Of a DNA stretch of 64,000 nucleotides, positions 27,090-40,989 are shown piece after piece. A program made the position numbers and the translations under genes. The stretch's first letter is position 1. Each line of letters starts with the position of its first letter. The notes below the pieces were generated by a model, which searched no databases, was not told where the DNA came from, and saw only the letters and a list, made by a program, of their open reading frames with translations. The stretch is from NCBI RefSeq assembly GCF_009914755.1, contig NC_060932.1. One strand, 5' to 3'. This DNA is from the human T2T-CHM13v2.0 reference genome, Homo sapiens.

Positions 27090-27470
27090 AGTGACAATGT
27101 CCTACACGGCTTGCTCCCTCATTCCCTTGCCCCCTGCGTTGTATGCAGTAGGTGTTTAATAAATGTGTTGAGAACATTTATGATGATGCCTGGTTTTTAG
27201 TTAATGACTGTGTCAACCGCTTAAGAAGAATGATGTTCCACAAATGACACAGAGCTTTACAGTTGGCAAAACACTTTCATGTTCCTTATCGCCCAACAAC
27301 CCTCTAAAGTCATACAACATCCTCACCTGTAGAGCATGACAGGGAGCCTCTGAGAGACAAAGCAACTTGCCAGAGAGTCCTTATGACTGGCTGGTGACAG
27401 GACTCAGATTGCAACCAAGGTCTTCTGTATTCAAACCCAATGTTCTGTCCACCCCAGCACAGCCTCGCCT
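27090..27470. mobile_element. L2 3' end (~27090-27175) and MIR (~27240-27470)
   Basis: cagtaggtgtttaataaatgtgttga; agagctttacagttggcaaaacactttcatg...caacttgcc. Confidence 0.5.
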
Positions 27471-28263
27471 CTGTTTCTGATGAATGGTGCCCCGGCCGTC
27501 ACCCCAGGATCCACATAGCCTCTGTCTTTTCCACTAAAGCTGGTATTTACTTTTCCTGTATTGAGTGGCTTCCACTGCAAGAGTGACTATGTAGTGAGTG
27601 CTCTATTGGTGACATCCAAACTTGGGTTCACGGAGACATTTTCTATTTTCTTGGGCAGGTCATCCAAACACTATCTACCTCTCTGCAATGTGTAGCAATG
27701 AGGGGTGTCACAGATGCACACAAACTTTGTTACAACCATTTTCAGTTGCAATACCCTAAAGGCACTCCCAGGGTGATGAAGCCCCTCCAGCATCCTGGAG
27801 GGAGAATATTCTTTCTTGGTTTGTCTGCTCCATTCAACCCTGGACTATGCCAAGCTGCCCCACTGCTTAGAGGCCTTCTGGGGCTAGTCAGGTGGGCATG
27901 TGGGGGATTTCAAGGTGCTTGCCCAGTTTAGCCCCTGCCAGGACCTGCTGCAGGCTCTGCTCCTGCCCACCTGCCGCACCCCCAATCCTCCTAGGCAGCA
28001 AACCTGCAGGCAAGTGGCTGTGCCTCCACAATCACCTTCCCAAGTGACCCCCACCTCAGGCTTGTCAGTTTGGTGTCCAATTTCTAGCAGGACAGGTGGA
28101 CAAAAGACGTAGTACCGTTCTGCTGCCAGACTGCTACAAAACATCACATTCCATTTTCTACACCAAACTACCAGGACAGAAAGGGAGCAAGAGTCCTCAA
28201 ACCTCCCAAGCTGCTTATTTTTCCCTCTGTATTGTAAGATTTTTCTCCTTAAAACTGAGGCTG

Positions 28264-28609
<346 letters not shown>

Positions 28610-28699
28610 TCAGGTTTACTCTGAGGCTGTCCCTGCACTACCAGGAACTGAACCTCTATCACGGGTCTCAGGTCAGCAAGATTTGGTGCTGAAAAGCAT

Positions 28700-29064
28700 T
28701 GATACGGTTAGGCTTTGTGTCCCCACCCGAATCTCTTCTTGACTTGTAATCTGCAGGTGTTGAGGGAGAGACCTGGTGGGAGGAGATTGGATCATGGGGG
28801 CGGTTCCCCCCATACTGTTCTCATGATAGTGAGTGAATGCTCATGAAATCTGATGAAGCATCTGGCATTTCCCCTCCTTTCACTTCTCTCTCCTGCCGCC
28901 ATGTGAAGAAGGTCCTTGCTTCCCCTTCACCTTCCGCCATGATTGTTAAGTTTCCTGTGGCTTCCCCAGCCATGTCGAACTGTGAGATAATTAAACCTCT
29001 TTCCATTATCAATTATCCAGTTTCAGGAAGTATCTTTATAGCAGCGTGAAAATGAACTAACATA
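28700..29064 (+). mobile_element. MSTA/THE1-type MaLR solo LTR
   Basis: tgatacggttaggctttgtgtccccaccc...tatctttatagcagcgtgaaaatgaactaa. TSD agcat/ggcat. Confidence 0.88.
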
Positions 29065-30521
29065 GGCATGCTAGACACATAAGATAACTTAAAAGTTTGT
29101 CAGTGATTCTTAGGGAATATTGACAAAATTCCATGAGCAAAATATTCCATGTATGTAGGGTTAAATGCTCTCTAGGTTTCCCCAAATTTGGATCAGCTTT
29201 AAAAGATACACTTCTATTTCTTGGCTATGGATCATAGATTCCTTCTTTTTGGGATGTTTCCTAATGGTATGTTTTTATAGCAGGAATTTGGTTTTCCAAA
29301 ATAATTCCTGAGAACTTATGGAACCTACTCCGGGGTCCCTGACAGCTACAGTTGGCAGGGTCCAGACCTTGGCCTAGTTTCTTTCCTATTTCTGGTCAGA
29401 AGGGTCTGTCAAAGTGAACTAAATCCTGGGCTGATTATTTCATCAGCCCCAGTAAAGGCATGTCTGAGTTCTGCCAGGAAGAATCTGGTTTCTGAAGCAA
29501 CTTTCCTTTTAAAGTGCCAGGGTAAACGCTTCTGCCCAGACTCATGAAGCTTGCATTGCAGGAAGTAAAAATATGATAGCACAGCATCTTGGCAGAGAAG
29601 CTTTTCCCTGTCTCCTTAGCCTCCAAACAAATAGCTCTCTGGGGGAGTGATGTCTACATCAAAAGCTACTTGTCGCTCAGTGGGCCTCCCAGAGGGAGAA
29701 CTGTTTATTTTGGCTGTGACTGAAAATATTTTCTATGTCCAGAGCTGGGGGCTGCCTGCAATGGGCTCTTTCTGGCAGCAACAGGGCAGATTTGTGGTTG
29801 CCATGCCTTTTCCCTGGCTCCCATTATCCAGAAAGATCAGAGAAAGTTAAGACAAGAAATCCAACCATCTCTCCAAGGGCCATCAACATGAACTGAAAAT
29901 CTCCGAAAAAGGGCTGAGGCTACTGGGTATGGCAAAAGGCCATAGAACCTCTTCTTAGTCCTCTGGCAAAGTTGGTAATATCTGCTTCTGGGTAAAATCT
30001 AGGATCTCGAGGTCGGCTAAAATTCAATTTTTTAAAAATAGCACATAAAAGGTAGAAATATGTAAGTCTTACTATTTGACTTGTTCTCATATCCACAGTC
30101 CTCCTCAGGAAATTTGTCTGCGCTCAAAAGTAAATGAAACATGACAAGCCAGAATCCTGGAGTGAGAAGTCATGCTTTCTCTTTGTCAATTACTGAGCTA
30201 TAATGTGATCACTGTTTAATGTCCCCAACTGTAAACAATGTCCTCAGTCACTGCTTTTTTCACTGATAGAAATCTGTAACCTTGTGCAGTTATTAAGAGC
30301 TATGATAACCTCAGAAAGTTTTCCCAAATCACTTTTTACAGCCAGGTAAGACTCTCACTCTCAGTTTGTGTACCACCTGTCCAGCCTCCTTAGTAAGGAA
30401 CAGGGTAGCCTGTTGGACCATTCATCAGTTGATGCACCTCTGGGTTGTCCACTCTTTGGCTGTCATGAATAAAATTGCTTTGAACATTCACATACAAGTG
30501 TTTGTATGAACATGTATTTTC

Positions 30522-30896
<375 letters not shown>

Positions 30897-31291
30897 TCAT
30901 CTTGTAATCCAGACAGCAAGTTCTGCTGTCCACATTTAAAAGGTGAGGAAACTGAAATTCAAGGGGTTGACTTACCTGTGTAAGGGATGATTGTCTAGTC
31001 CTGTCTTTTGACTTTCAGTTCATTAGACTGGTAGATGGAATAACTGAAAGAGAATAAGTTGGTTGGTCTTTCCAAGATCACCCAAAAGATTTAGTTTAAT
31101 GAAGAAAAAGAATGATCTTGAGTTTACAATATTCTTTCTCCCAGTCCTAGAGTATAACTGGGAGCCTCATAGAGTTCTTTGGCTTGTAGACTGAACTTAA
31201 GTCAGAAAATGAAGTGTTTTATGACTGTCAATTTTCAATCAAAGTTTGAAGTATACAAGACAGTCTGAAGGGGAGCCACTTTTAAAGACAA

Positions 31292-31292
<1 letters not shown>

Positions 31293-31334
<42 letters not shown>

Positions 31335-31360
31335 AAAAAAAAAAAAGAAAAAAAAAAAAA
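31293..31360. repeat. (CA)19 fused to an A-rich tract
   Basis: Direct reading. Confidence 0.95.
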
Positions 31361-31824
31361 CCAAGAACAAGACAAGGTCTCTTTATTCCCTTTGCTGTTT
31401 TGCTAATTAAACTGCATGGTTACCTCTGCTTTCTGCCTGGCATTACAAGTTGATGTCTTGAGGGTTGCCTTTGGTAAAACATTAACTTTAAGCATTTCTT
31501 TAGGACTTATTTATGAGATTTCTGTTGTACCTTTCTGCTTAGGAGCTCAAGGTGCTTGTCATATAATCTTTAGGATGTTATTTTTATCATAAACTTTTCT
31601 AAGCATCTTAATGCTGATGGGAACATCAACAGGAATGGTTCTAGTGTAACTAAAAAGAAAAGGCAACAAAAAATTATTAGTGACTTAAATATGAGCTATA
31701 ATGGAAAAATGATCTAAGGTGCAAGGAGAGTACACAGGAAGAAAAAGCTAATTTTGGCTCATGAGGTGGATAAGAAGAGGAACTGGAAAGGTCATAGAGG
31801 GAGTTATAATGAAGGTGAATTTTG

Positions 31825-32139
31825 TTGTTGGTTGGTGTTGCTGCTTTTGAGACAAGGCCTGGCTCTATTGCCCGGGCTGGAGTGCAGTGGCACAATCTCT
31901 GCTCACTGTAACCTCTACCTCCTGGGCTCAAGCCATCCTCACGCCTCAGCCTCCCTCATGAGTAACTGGGACTACAGGCACTCACCATCATGCTGGCTAA
32001 TTTTTTATTTTCTTTTTTTGTAGAGACAGAGTTTTGTCATATTGCCCAGGCTGGTCTCAAACTCATGAGCTCAAGCAATCCTCCCACCTTGGCCTCCCGG
32101 AGTGCTGAGATTACAGCCATGAGCTACCTCACCCAGCCT
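31825..32139 (-). mobile_element. Alu (AluJ-like)
   Basis: 15-bp TSD tgaaggtgaattttg. Confidence 0.94.
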
Positions 32140-32355
32140 TGAAGGTGAATTTTGAAGGATAATTCGAAGTCTACAAGATGGACAAGATTGGGAGGGACTT
32201 TTTATTTTTAACAGCTAGTTTGAGGTACAGTTGATTTCCATAATGAACTGCATATGTGTAAGTGTAAATAAACTTGATAAATAAAAAGTTGATAAATTTG
32301 GACATACATATACACCCATAAAATCTTTGCCATAATCAAGATGATGAACATTTTC

Positions 32356-32563
32356 TTCTTCTTCTACTTCTTCTTCTTCTTCTTCTTCTTCTTTTTTGAG
32401 ATGGAGTCTCATTCTTGACGCCCAGACTGGAGTGCAATGGCGCAATCTCAGCTCACTGCAACCTCCACCTCCCCACCTCCCGATTCAAGCGATTCTCCTA
32501 CCTCAGTCTCCCAAATAGCTGGGATTACAGGCACCAGCCAGCACACCTGGCTAATTTTCATAA
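32356..32563 (-). mobile_element. 5'-truncated Alu (right arm only) with (TTC)n tail
   Basis: 15-bp TSD atgatgaacattttc. Confidence 0.92.
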
Positions 32564-33159
32564 ATGATGAACATTTTCATCACCCACAAAGATTTCCTGT
32601 GGTTCTCTATAATTCCTCCCTCCTGCCTTGCTACCTATCCATCCCCAGGAAGCCACTGATATGTTTCCTTTCCCTATACATTAAGTTGTATTTCTCTAGA
32701 ATTTGTTATAATTAAAATCATAGAATATATATCCTTTTTTGTCTGACTTCTTTCATTTGGCATTAAACATTTTGAGACTGACCTGTGTTGTTACGTATAT
32801 CAGGAGTATATTCCTTTTTATTGTTGAATGGTATTCTGCTGTATGGCTATACCATAGTTTGATGTATTCATCACTTTTTGGAGGATATTTCAATGCTGTC
32901 AGTTTGGGGCTACTATAAATAAAACCACTAGGGACACTTACATACAAGTCTCTGTATAGGCATGCCTTCTTTTAATGCATTCTGCTTTATTGCTCTTCAC
33001 ATATTTTACCATTTTTACCAATTGAAGATTTGTGGCAACCTTGCATTGAGCAAGTCTGTTGACGCCATTCTTCCAACAGCACATGCTGACCTCATGTCTC
33101 GGTGTCACATTTTGGTAGTTCTCGCAATATTTCAAACTTTTTCATTATTATTATGTCTG

Positions 33160-33617
33160 CATTGAAGTCAAAATAAAAATGTAGAGACAAATCTCTAAAT
33201 TTAAAGTTTTATTGGGGACAAAATTGCAATTTGGGGCCTACACACAGACTAGGTGGTCTCCAGGATGTCCAAAAAACAAAAAGAAGGTTAGAAGATTTAT
33301 AAAAAAAGAAGAAATGTTACATATTGCTTTTTCACAAAGTTTATTGGTGCTAGTAACTGTTTGGGGAGATTGCAAACTCTGATCTGTGACCGATGGCAGT
33401 GGGCATAATTAGTCCTAGAGTTGCAGCAAGTTATCACCAAAGGTATAAATAATACTGGTTTCAGGTTACCACAAGCAGTTACAGCAGTCAGGCTTGCAGA
33501 TAATTGTGTTCTTTAAACAGTCTTTTGTACCCTGAGTGTCTTTTCCTCTCTGGCTTCTGGTCTCTGTTTTAGTTGGGTATGACAAGTATGACCCAATTCT
33601 TATGACCAACTTTCACA
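33160..33617 (-). mobile_element. ERV1-class solo LTR (MER87/MER90-like; subfamily uncertain) inside Tigger1
   Basis: 4-bp TSD tctg (33156-59 / 33618-21). The reverse complement begins TGTGAAAGTTGGTCATAAGAATTGGGTCATACTTGTCATACCCAAC. Confidence 0.72.
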
Positions 33618-33839
33618 TCTGTTACGTGATCTGTAATCGGTGTGATCTTTGATGCTTTTGGTTGTAATTGTTTTGCAGCATAACAAATCATGCTCACATT
33701 AGATTATTAATGGATAAATGTTGTGTGTGTTCTGAGAACTCCACTGACCACCTGTTCCCCCATCCCTCTGCCTCTTCTTGGCCCTCCCTATTCTCAAAGG
33801 TGCAACAATATTAAAATTAAGCCAATTAACAATCCCACA

Positions 33840-35665
33840 ATGACCTCTAAGTGTTCAAGTGAAAGGAAGAGTCACATGTCTCTCACTTTAAACCAAAAGC
33901 TAGAAATGATGAAGCTTAGTTTCATAATAAGAAATTTCAAGTCTTTTTATTTAAGAAATACAATTAATAAGGCTATACTGCCATAGATAGAAGAAGGTAT
34001 GCTGAAAGCCAAGATAGGCCAAAACTGGGCCTCTTGTACCAAACATCCAAACTGTGAATGCAAAGAAAAAGTTCCTGAAGAAAATTAAAAGTGCCATTCC
34101 TGGGAACACACAAATGATAAGAAGTGAAACAACCTTATTGCTGAGATGGAGAAAGTTTAGTGGTCTGGATGGAAGATCAAACCAGCCACAACATTTCCTT
34201 AAGCCAAAGCCTAATACAAAGGAAGGTGCTACCTCTCTTCAGTTCTATGGAGGCTGAAACAGATGAGCAATCTGCAGAAGAAAAGTTGAAAGCAGAGGTT
34301 GGTTCATAAGGCTTAAGGAACTAAAACATCTCCATAACATACAAGTCCAAAATGAAAGCAACAAGGGCTGATATAGAAGCTATAGCAAGTTATCCAGGAG
34401 ATCTAGCTAAGATCACTGATGAAGGTGGCTATACTAACAACAGATTTTTGATGTAGATGAAACAGCCTTCTCTTGGAAGAAGATGCCTTCCAGGACTTTT
34501 ATAGCTAGAGAGAAAAAGCTGTTGCTTGCCTTTAAAACTTCAAAGGACAGGCTAGCTCTCTTGTTAGGGGCTAATGTAGCTGGAGACTTCAAGTCGAAAC
34601 CAATGCTTATTTACCATTGCAAAAATCCTAGGATCCTGAGAAATTATGCTAAATCTTCTCTGCCTGCGCTCTATAAATGGAACAGCAAAGCCTGGTGACA
34701 ACACATCTGTTTACAGCATGGTATATTGAATATTTTAAGCTCACTGTTGATATCTACTGCTCAGAAAAATATTCCTCTCAAAATATTACTGTTCACTGAC
34801 AATGCACCTGGTTACCCAAGAGCTCTGATGGAGATGTCCAAGGAGATAAATGTTGTTTTCATCCCTTCTAACCCAACATCCATCTGCAGCCCACAGCTCA
34901 AGAAGTAATTTTGACTTTGAAGTCTTATTATTTAAGAAACACATTTCATAAGGCTGTAACTGCCATGGATAGTGATTCCTCTGATGGATCTAGGCAAAAT
35001 CAATTGAAAACCTTATGAAAAGGATTTACTATTCTAAATGCCATTAAGAACATTCTTATTCATGGAACAGGTCAAAATATCAACATTAACAGGGGTTTGG
35101 AAGAAGTTGATTCTAACCCTCATAGATGACTTTGAGGGGCTTACGTCTTCAGTGAGGAAGTAGCTGCAGAGTTGGTGGAGATAATAAGAGAACCAGAATA
35201 AGAAATGAGCCTGAAGATGTGACTGAATTGCTGCAATCTCAAAATAAAGTTTGAACAGATGAGAAGTTGCTTCTCATGGATGAGCAAAGAAAGTGGTTTC
35301 TTGAGATGGAATCTACCGCTAGTGAAGACACTACGAACATTGTTGAAATGACAACAAAATATTTCAAATATTACATAAATTTGGTTGATACAGCAGGGGC
35401 AGGATTTGAGAGAGTTGACTACAATTTTGAAAGTGCTATTACAGATAAAATGCTATGCAACATTCTTACACGCTACAGAGAAATCTTTTATGAAAAGAAG
35501 AGTCAATCAATGGTGCAAACTGCGCTGTTCTTATTTAAAGAAACTGCCATAGCCACCCTCACTTTCAGCAACCACCATCCTGATCAGTCAGCAGCCATCA
35601 ACATCAAAGCAAGACCCTCCACCAGAAAAAGATTACAACTCCCTGAAAACTCAGATGATCATTAG
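33840..35665 (+). pseudogene. Disrupted Tigger1 (TIGD1-like) transposase
   Basis: Fragments [35 protein letters not shown]...[40 protein letters not shown] lie in different frames with stops. Confidence 0.88.
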
Positions 35666-37293
35666 CTTTTTTAGCAATAAACTATTTTAAAATTAACATG
35701 TGTATATTTTTTCAGACATAATGCTATTACACCCTTAAGGGAGTAGAGCATAGTGTGAACATAACTTTTGTATGCACTGGGAAACCAAAAAAACCTTATG
35801 ACTTGCTTTATTGAGGTATTTGCTTTATTGAAGTGGTCTGGAACTGAACCCACAATATCTCTGCGGTATCTCTGTGTAGATATGCTTTCTTTTCTCTTGG
35901 GTAAATACACAGCAGTAGAATGACTGGGTCATAAAGTAGGTGTTAGCTTAACTTTTTAGAACCTGCCAAATAGTTTTCCAAAGTGGTTATGCCATTATAT
36001 ATAATTGCCTGCTGTCTATGAGAGTTCCAGTTCTTCTGTGTGACTTGGCATGACCAGTCTTTATCATTTTAATTTTACACATTTGTGTGTGTTTCGTGTG
36101 TGGGGTTGGGGGAAGGATTTCTTGTGATTCCTTTGGGAGAGAGTCATTGAGGTGATAGGAACATTTTAAATCTTTTGATTCATATTGTAAATTGTTTTTC
36201 ATAAAATTCTGCTTTCTGTTTACCTTCCCACCAAAGATTTCATCTTATTGGCCTTTGCATCTAAAATCCCCTTCATTTCCCTCCAAATTCCTATACTGCA
36301 AGTCCCCATGTACCATCCTTCAGTAGGGGTAGTGTGTGTGGAGAAGAAAGGTTTTGGGGGGTTTCTTGATATTATTGTTGGCCTCCACTATGGCCCCCTG
36401 CTCTTCCTCGAATCTTTTCAGGGGTAAAGATTTCAAAGCATGAGGTAGGATGGAGTTGATGAGGTAGAGATCGAGGAAACGCAGGCTGTGGTGGGAATGG
36501 GAAGGTATTGTTAATGAGCATCCAAGGCTGATTTCCAGACCATGAGCTGGCTTTTGCCCAAGAGTAGGATTTAACTGGAGTTCCTAAAAGCCTGAGCAGC
36601 TTTTATTTTTCTGTCTCTCGAGCACCACTTCACTATTTGTAATCACTTATGGATACTTATTTTTATAATTGCTCCATCTATAATATCTTTTTGGAAAAAT
36701 TCAGCCCAGGGGTTACATTAGAAGGCCATCTTTCATGTCGTTTCCAGTTTTATGGTTCTCCTGAGGCTGTTTTCCCTTAAAAAAAAATCAATGACTACTG
36801 CATGTGTCTCTTTCGCAGTGAAGGTTTCTGCCCTTGCACAGATGTTAGAGAACTTTATCATGGGTGCAGCCCCATCATCTTACCTGAGCAGTGAGCTTGG
36901 GGATCCACAAATTTATTTTTCCTGTCAAGTTTTAGCCCATTAGCATTCCTCGTATGGGGAGTTTGGCAGAATATGGAGGTTTATCTGCTTGGACAACTGG
37001 CTCAGCCCAACCTCTAAGGGACTGGATGGGATTACTCTTTTGAAACCCCAGCCAGACCCAGCCGAGGGCCTGCACGAAGGCTGATCCCTTTCCAGCCTGG
37101 CTAGCTCACACTGGGGTCTAGGCAGGGGAGTCTGACGTGCCGCCTTGTTTTGATGGTCACAGGGTGGCATGTGAGTTGGCTTTTTCTGTGCTTTGTAGGA
37201 GATGTGAGGGCCTTGACTTGGGGGAATATGGGAAGATACAGGATGAACTATTAATGACTGGATGCAACAGTTCTTTTAACTTACAATTAAAGT

Positions 37294-37569
37294 TATTTAT
37301 TTGTTTATTTATTTATTTATTTATTTATTTTTAGAAGTGGGCGTCTCCCTCTATTGCCCAGGCTGGAATGCAGTGGCGCGATCATGGCTCACTGCAGCCT
37401 CAGACCCCTGTGCTCAAGTGATCCTCCCACCTCAACCTCCGGAATAACTGAGACTACAGGCACATGCCACTACACCCGGCTAATTTTTAAAATTTTTTGT
37501 AGGGATGGGGGTCTCACTATGTTGCCTGGGGTGGTCTTGAACTTCTGGCCTCAAGAGACCCTACGGCCA
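37294..37569 (-). mobile_element. Alu (AluJ-like) with (TTTA)n tail
   Basis: Reverse-complement Alu with a deletion near its 5' end. Confidence 0.9.
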
Positions 37570-37676
37570 AATAGATGAATGAGTAAGATCTTCAATAACC
37601 ACTATCAGCAATCAAGATTACTGAAGAGTCTCTGTCATGTTCTTCTTACCACCATCCTTCTGAAATATATATCGGG

Positions 37677-38090
37677 TTATCTCAGTCTATTTAGTATTGC
37701 TCTGAAGGGAGGCCTGAGACTGGGTAATTTAGATAGAGAAACATGTTTATTTGGCTTACAATGCTGGTGTCTGAAAAAGTCCAAGTTTGGGCATCTGCAT
37801 CGGTGAGGGTCTCAGGTTGCTTCCACTCTTGGTGGAAGTTGGAGGGGAGCCAGCGGGTGCAGAAATCACATGGAGAGGGAAGAAAAGAGAGAGAGGAAGC
37901 GCCAGGCTCTTTTAAACAACCAGTTCTTGCAGGAACTAATAGAGAACTCACTCACAACCCCCTACAGGGAGGTTATGAATCTGTTCATGAGGGATCTGCC
38001 CCAGGACTCAGCACCTCCCGTTAGACCCCACGTCCAACATTGGAGATCAAATTTCAACTTGAGGCTTGGACAAACATCCAGACTATATCA
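37677..38090 (-). mobile_element. MSTB-like MaLR solo LTR
   Basis: cctgagactgggtaattt...gcatctgcatcggtgagggtctcagg...ggacaaacatccagactatatca. Confidence 0.82.
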
Positions 38091-39098
38091 AGTCTTTGTA
38101 TTTAGCTAACACTTTGCTTCCAGAGGCTAAGCCTTTCTCAAGATCGCCAAACAGCTTACTTTAGGAGAGGTTTTCTTGAATTTTAGCATGAGTTTTCCCC
38201 TGAGAATGAACCCTCTGCTGTAGCTAGCGGTCCTTTCTTCTTTCCTCTTCTCACATTATCTTTCTCTCTCACCCTCTTTGGCCTTCTCTTGATTTCCAGC
38301 TGCTCTTTGTCTCAACCCATTATTCCATGAGTGGGGAGACATTTCCGCTTATTAAAATCCCTCCCCCAGAGTTCCCCTAATCCAGAGGAATTATCCAGCT
38401 GAGCCAGCCGCCCTGTCTGGGTGCTCAGCCCTCAAAGGGGTCTGTGCATTTTCTGAGCCTGCTCACCTTCCTAAGTAAAGCTATGAACTGGAAATCCTAA
38501 CCCCAACAGCTAAAGTCTGGAGAGGAATTTATTTCCCACAGTTGGTCTTTCCTGGCCATTTATCAGGTCATTCCAAGTCTTGCTTTAGCAAACTGAACCC
38601 TCGTGATTTTTTTTTTACTAAGATGCCACCACCACGTCAATGTTTATATTTCCTCTGTGTCCTTCTGGGAGGTGGCAGGAGATAGCATTAGCTCCATTTC
38701 AAATCAGAAAGAAACTGGAGGACATCAAAGTCCCCACATCATGTGGTTTATACAACTCAGAGGCTAAGGAAAGACCTAAATTTTAAGTGTTCTATTCAAA
38801 GCATCATCTTAAATCAGTAGGCTTCACTGTGTTATTTGAACCAATCTAAGCTTTTCCATTGCCCATAAGAGGGCTCTTTCCTCATATCTGTACTGGGATT
38901 TTCAGCATAGACCCATAAACATGGAGAAGGTCCCCACCACCACCTTTTGCTTTCCTGGTGTTCTTCCAAGCCTGGCTGAAGGCAGAGGCTCCTTTGGCGG
39001 CCCGTTTTCAGCACACAGGGGCCTGGGAATAAGAAAATGTCCTGTTGCTCTACAGAGGACGCAAACAGTGGATCAGGATCCCCATAGCCTTGCTCCGG

Positions 39099-39468
39099 TG
39101 ACTCACCCTTCCTGGTCTGTGGGCGCCTCTGAGTAAGCTTTGTCTTGCTGCTCTGCAGAAGTCTCTGAGAAGGTATGACTTGCTGAGTTCCTAGGAAAAC
39201 TGCCTACCCTTAGAAAGTGGATGTGAGAAGGAAAGCAGCAAGCCGGGAGCAGTCACGCACTGGTGTCCCCAGTGCCCCTGCGGCCCAGGGCGGAGGTGAC
39301 TGCTGAAGTCAGCCTCCTGGAATGCCTCCAGGTAACCCTCCCTCCCTATCAAGGTCAATGAGTCAGAGGATAGGAGAGAAGCCGTGAGTAAAACTGCACA
39401 CCAGGTGAAAGAAAGGGAGGAAAGCCGCATGGACCCTCCACTCCCAGCAGAGAACAGGGGGTGAGTCA
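39099..39468. promoter_or_regulatory. Candidate AP-1/MAF/NR5A enhancer cluster
   Basis: TGACTCA 39099, TGCTGAAGTCAGC 39301, TCAAGGTCA 39349, TGAGTCA 39359, TGAGTCA 39462. Confidence 0.45.
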
Positions 39469-40309
39469 CTCAGCTCCGCTCCAGGGCACAGGGCAGGACT
39501 CTCGGCTCAAGGCTTCATCCAGCGAGTCCAGCATATTCTCCTCTTCAAACAAATGGAAACTTTCTGCTGCTCCATGATGGGATCACTCTTTCTGGGCTCC
39601 TTGGGAGCAAGTGAGAGGAAGCCCTTACCTGCACCAGCAGCCTCCATAAGGAAGGGAGCATCCGATCAGAGGTGAACAACGGGAGGCAGTGTCTCGCCCC
39701 GGCACATGGGGTCAATCTACAAATATTGATTCAGAGACATGAAAAATGGGAGTTTTGCACGGGAAGCACTTTCCAGAGATCTCACTCTCCAGTCTTTGCA
39801 GAGTCACATTTTCTCAACAGAATGGGTTAGAACTAAAAAAAAAAGGTGCTTGCTCAGAAATGGCACTGATGGCTCAGCACTTCCATTTATTTTATTTTAT
39901 TCCATTTTGTTTTCTTTGATCTCACCTTTCCTTTGAGGTACGTCCAAAGAGAAGACTGGCAGCTGAGAGAAGATGATGGTGACCCTGATGGTGGAATATG
40001 GTTTGTGACCCAAAAACCAGTAGTTTCCACACAGGTGGCACAGCCCTTCCTAAGTGGGCTCCAGGGCCATGGACCTGAGGCCACAGGCCAAGGTGAGGCT
40101 GTGGGGGTCCCACACTGCAGCTGAACAGTGAGGCTGCCTGGAGCCCTGGCATGGTGCCCAGGGTTCTAAAGCCACTGCTGTGAACAGGGTAGATCATCCA
40201 GGAGAGCGCCCAGAGGTGGGGAAACAGGCCTGCAGCAGGCGGGGACATCAGCTGGCCTTGCTGTCCTTTGATTCTCACAGTTACTGCTTTTTGTTCAAAT
40301 GTTACCTTA

Positions 40310-40621
40310 TTTTTAATTTTATTTTTTTAGGGACAGGATCTCTCCTTGTCGCCCAGGCTGGAGTGTAGTGGCACAATCTTGGTTCACTGCAGCCTTGAAC
40401 TCCCAGGCTCAAGAGATCCCTCCATCTTGGCCTCCCAAGTGGCTACAACTACAGGCATGTGCCACCACAAGTGGTTAAGTTTTTTTTTATTATTATTAAT
40501 TTTGGTAGAGTTAAGGTCTCGCTATGTTGCCCAGGCTGGTCTCAAACTCCTGCGCTTGAGCAATCCTCCTGCCTTGGCCTCCCAAAGTGCTGGGATAACA
40601 GGCATGATCTACTGTGCCAGG
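40310..40621 (-). mobile_element. Alu (AluJ-like)
   Basis: Reverse-complement Alu. Confidence 0.92.
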
Positions 40622-40989
40622 CGTGTTTTTACATACTTGGGTCCACACTATACTCAGCACTCCTCATTCTACTGGGAGATGCCAATTGCACAGTCAGGAA
40701 GGGGTGAGTAGAGAGTGGTGGACTTGGCCTCAGCCATGGTCAAGCCGTGGGGGGTTAGGTGGAGGAGGGCGCCAGCCAGGCAGAAATAGGTTCTCAGTGT
40801 AAGGCCCAGTCAAGTGTCTCATTCACAGGAGGAAAGCCATTGAATTCCGCCTTCCCATTGCCTCCTCCCACTCTCGCCTCTTAACAACGTGGAGCGATCT
40901 CACTACGCTGGACTTCACCGGCATCCCATTGCCCTTTCTTTTCACATTGGCAATCTCTCCTCTTGCCAAGTATCTCTTTATCTTTCTTC

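Larger units (their letters stand above)
32957..35874 (+). mobile_element. Tigger1 DNA transposon, near full length, decayed
   Basis: Termini taggcatgcc... and ...gcggtatctctg. Internal sequence and ORF fragments match the pogo/Tigger1 transposase. Confidence 0.93.
32200..36200 (-). mobile_element. L1M (L1MB/MC-like) 3' fragment, host to an Alu and Tigger1 (pieces ~32200-32956 and ~35875-36200)
   Basis: tttggggctactataaataaaacc...catacaagtctctgta | tagatatgctttc..cttgggtaaatac continues across the Tigger1 insertion. Confidence 0.75.

Noticed and set aside
33840-35665. Functional TIGD-like transposase gene
   Set aside because: Multiple frameshifts, stops and an insertion; the longest fragment is 132 aa.
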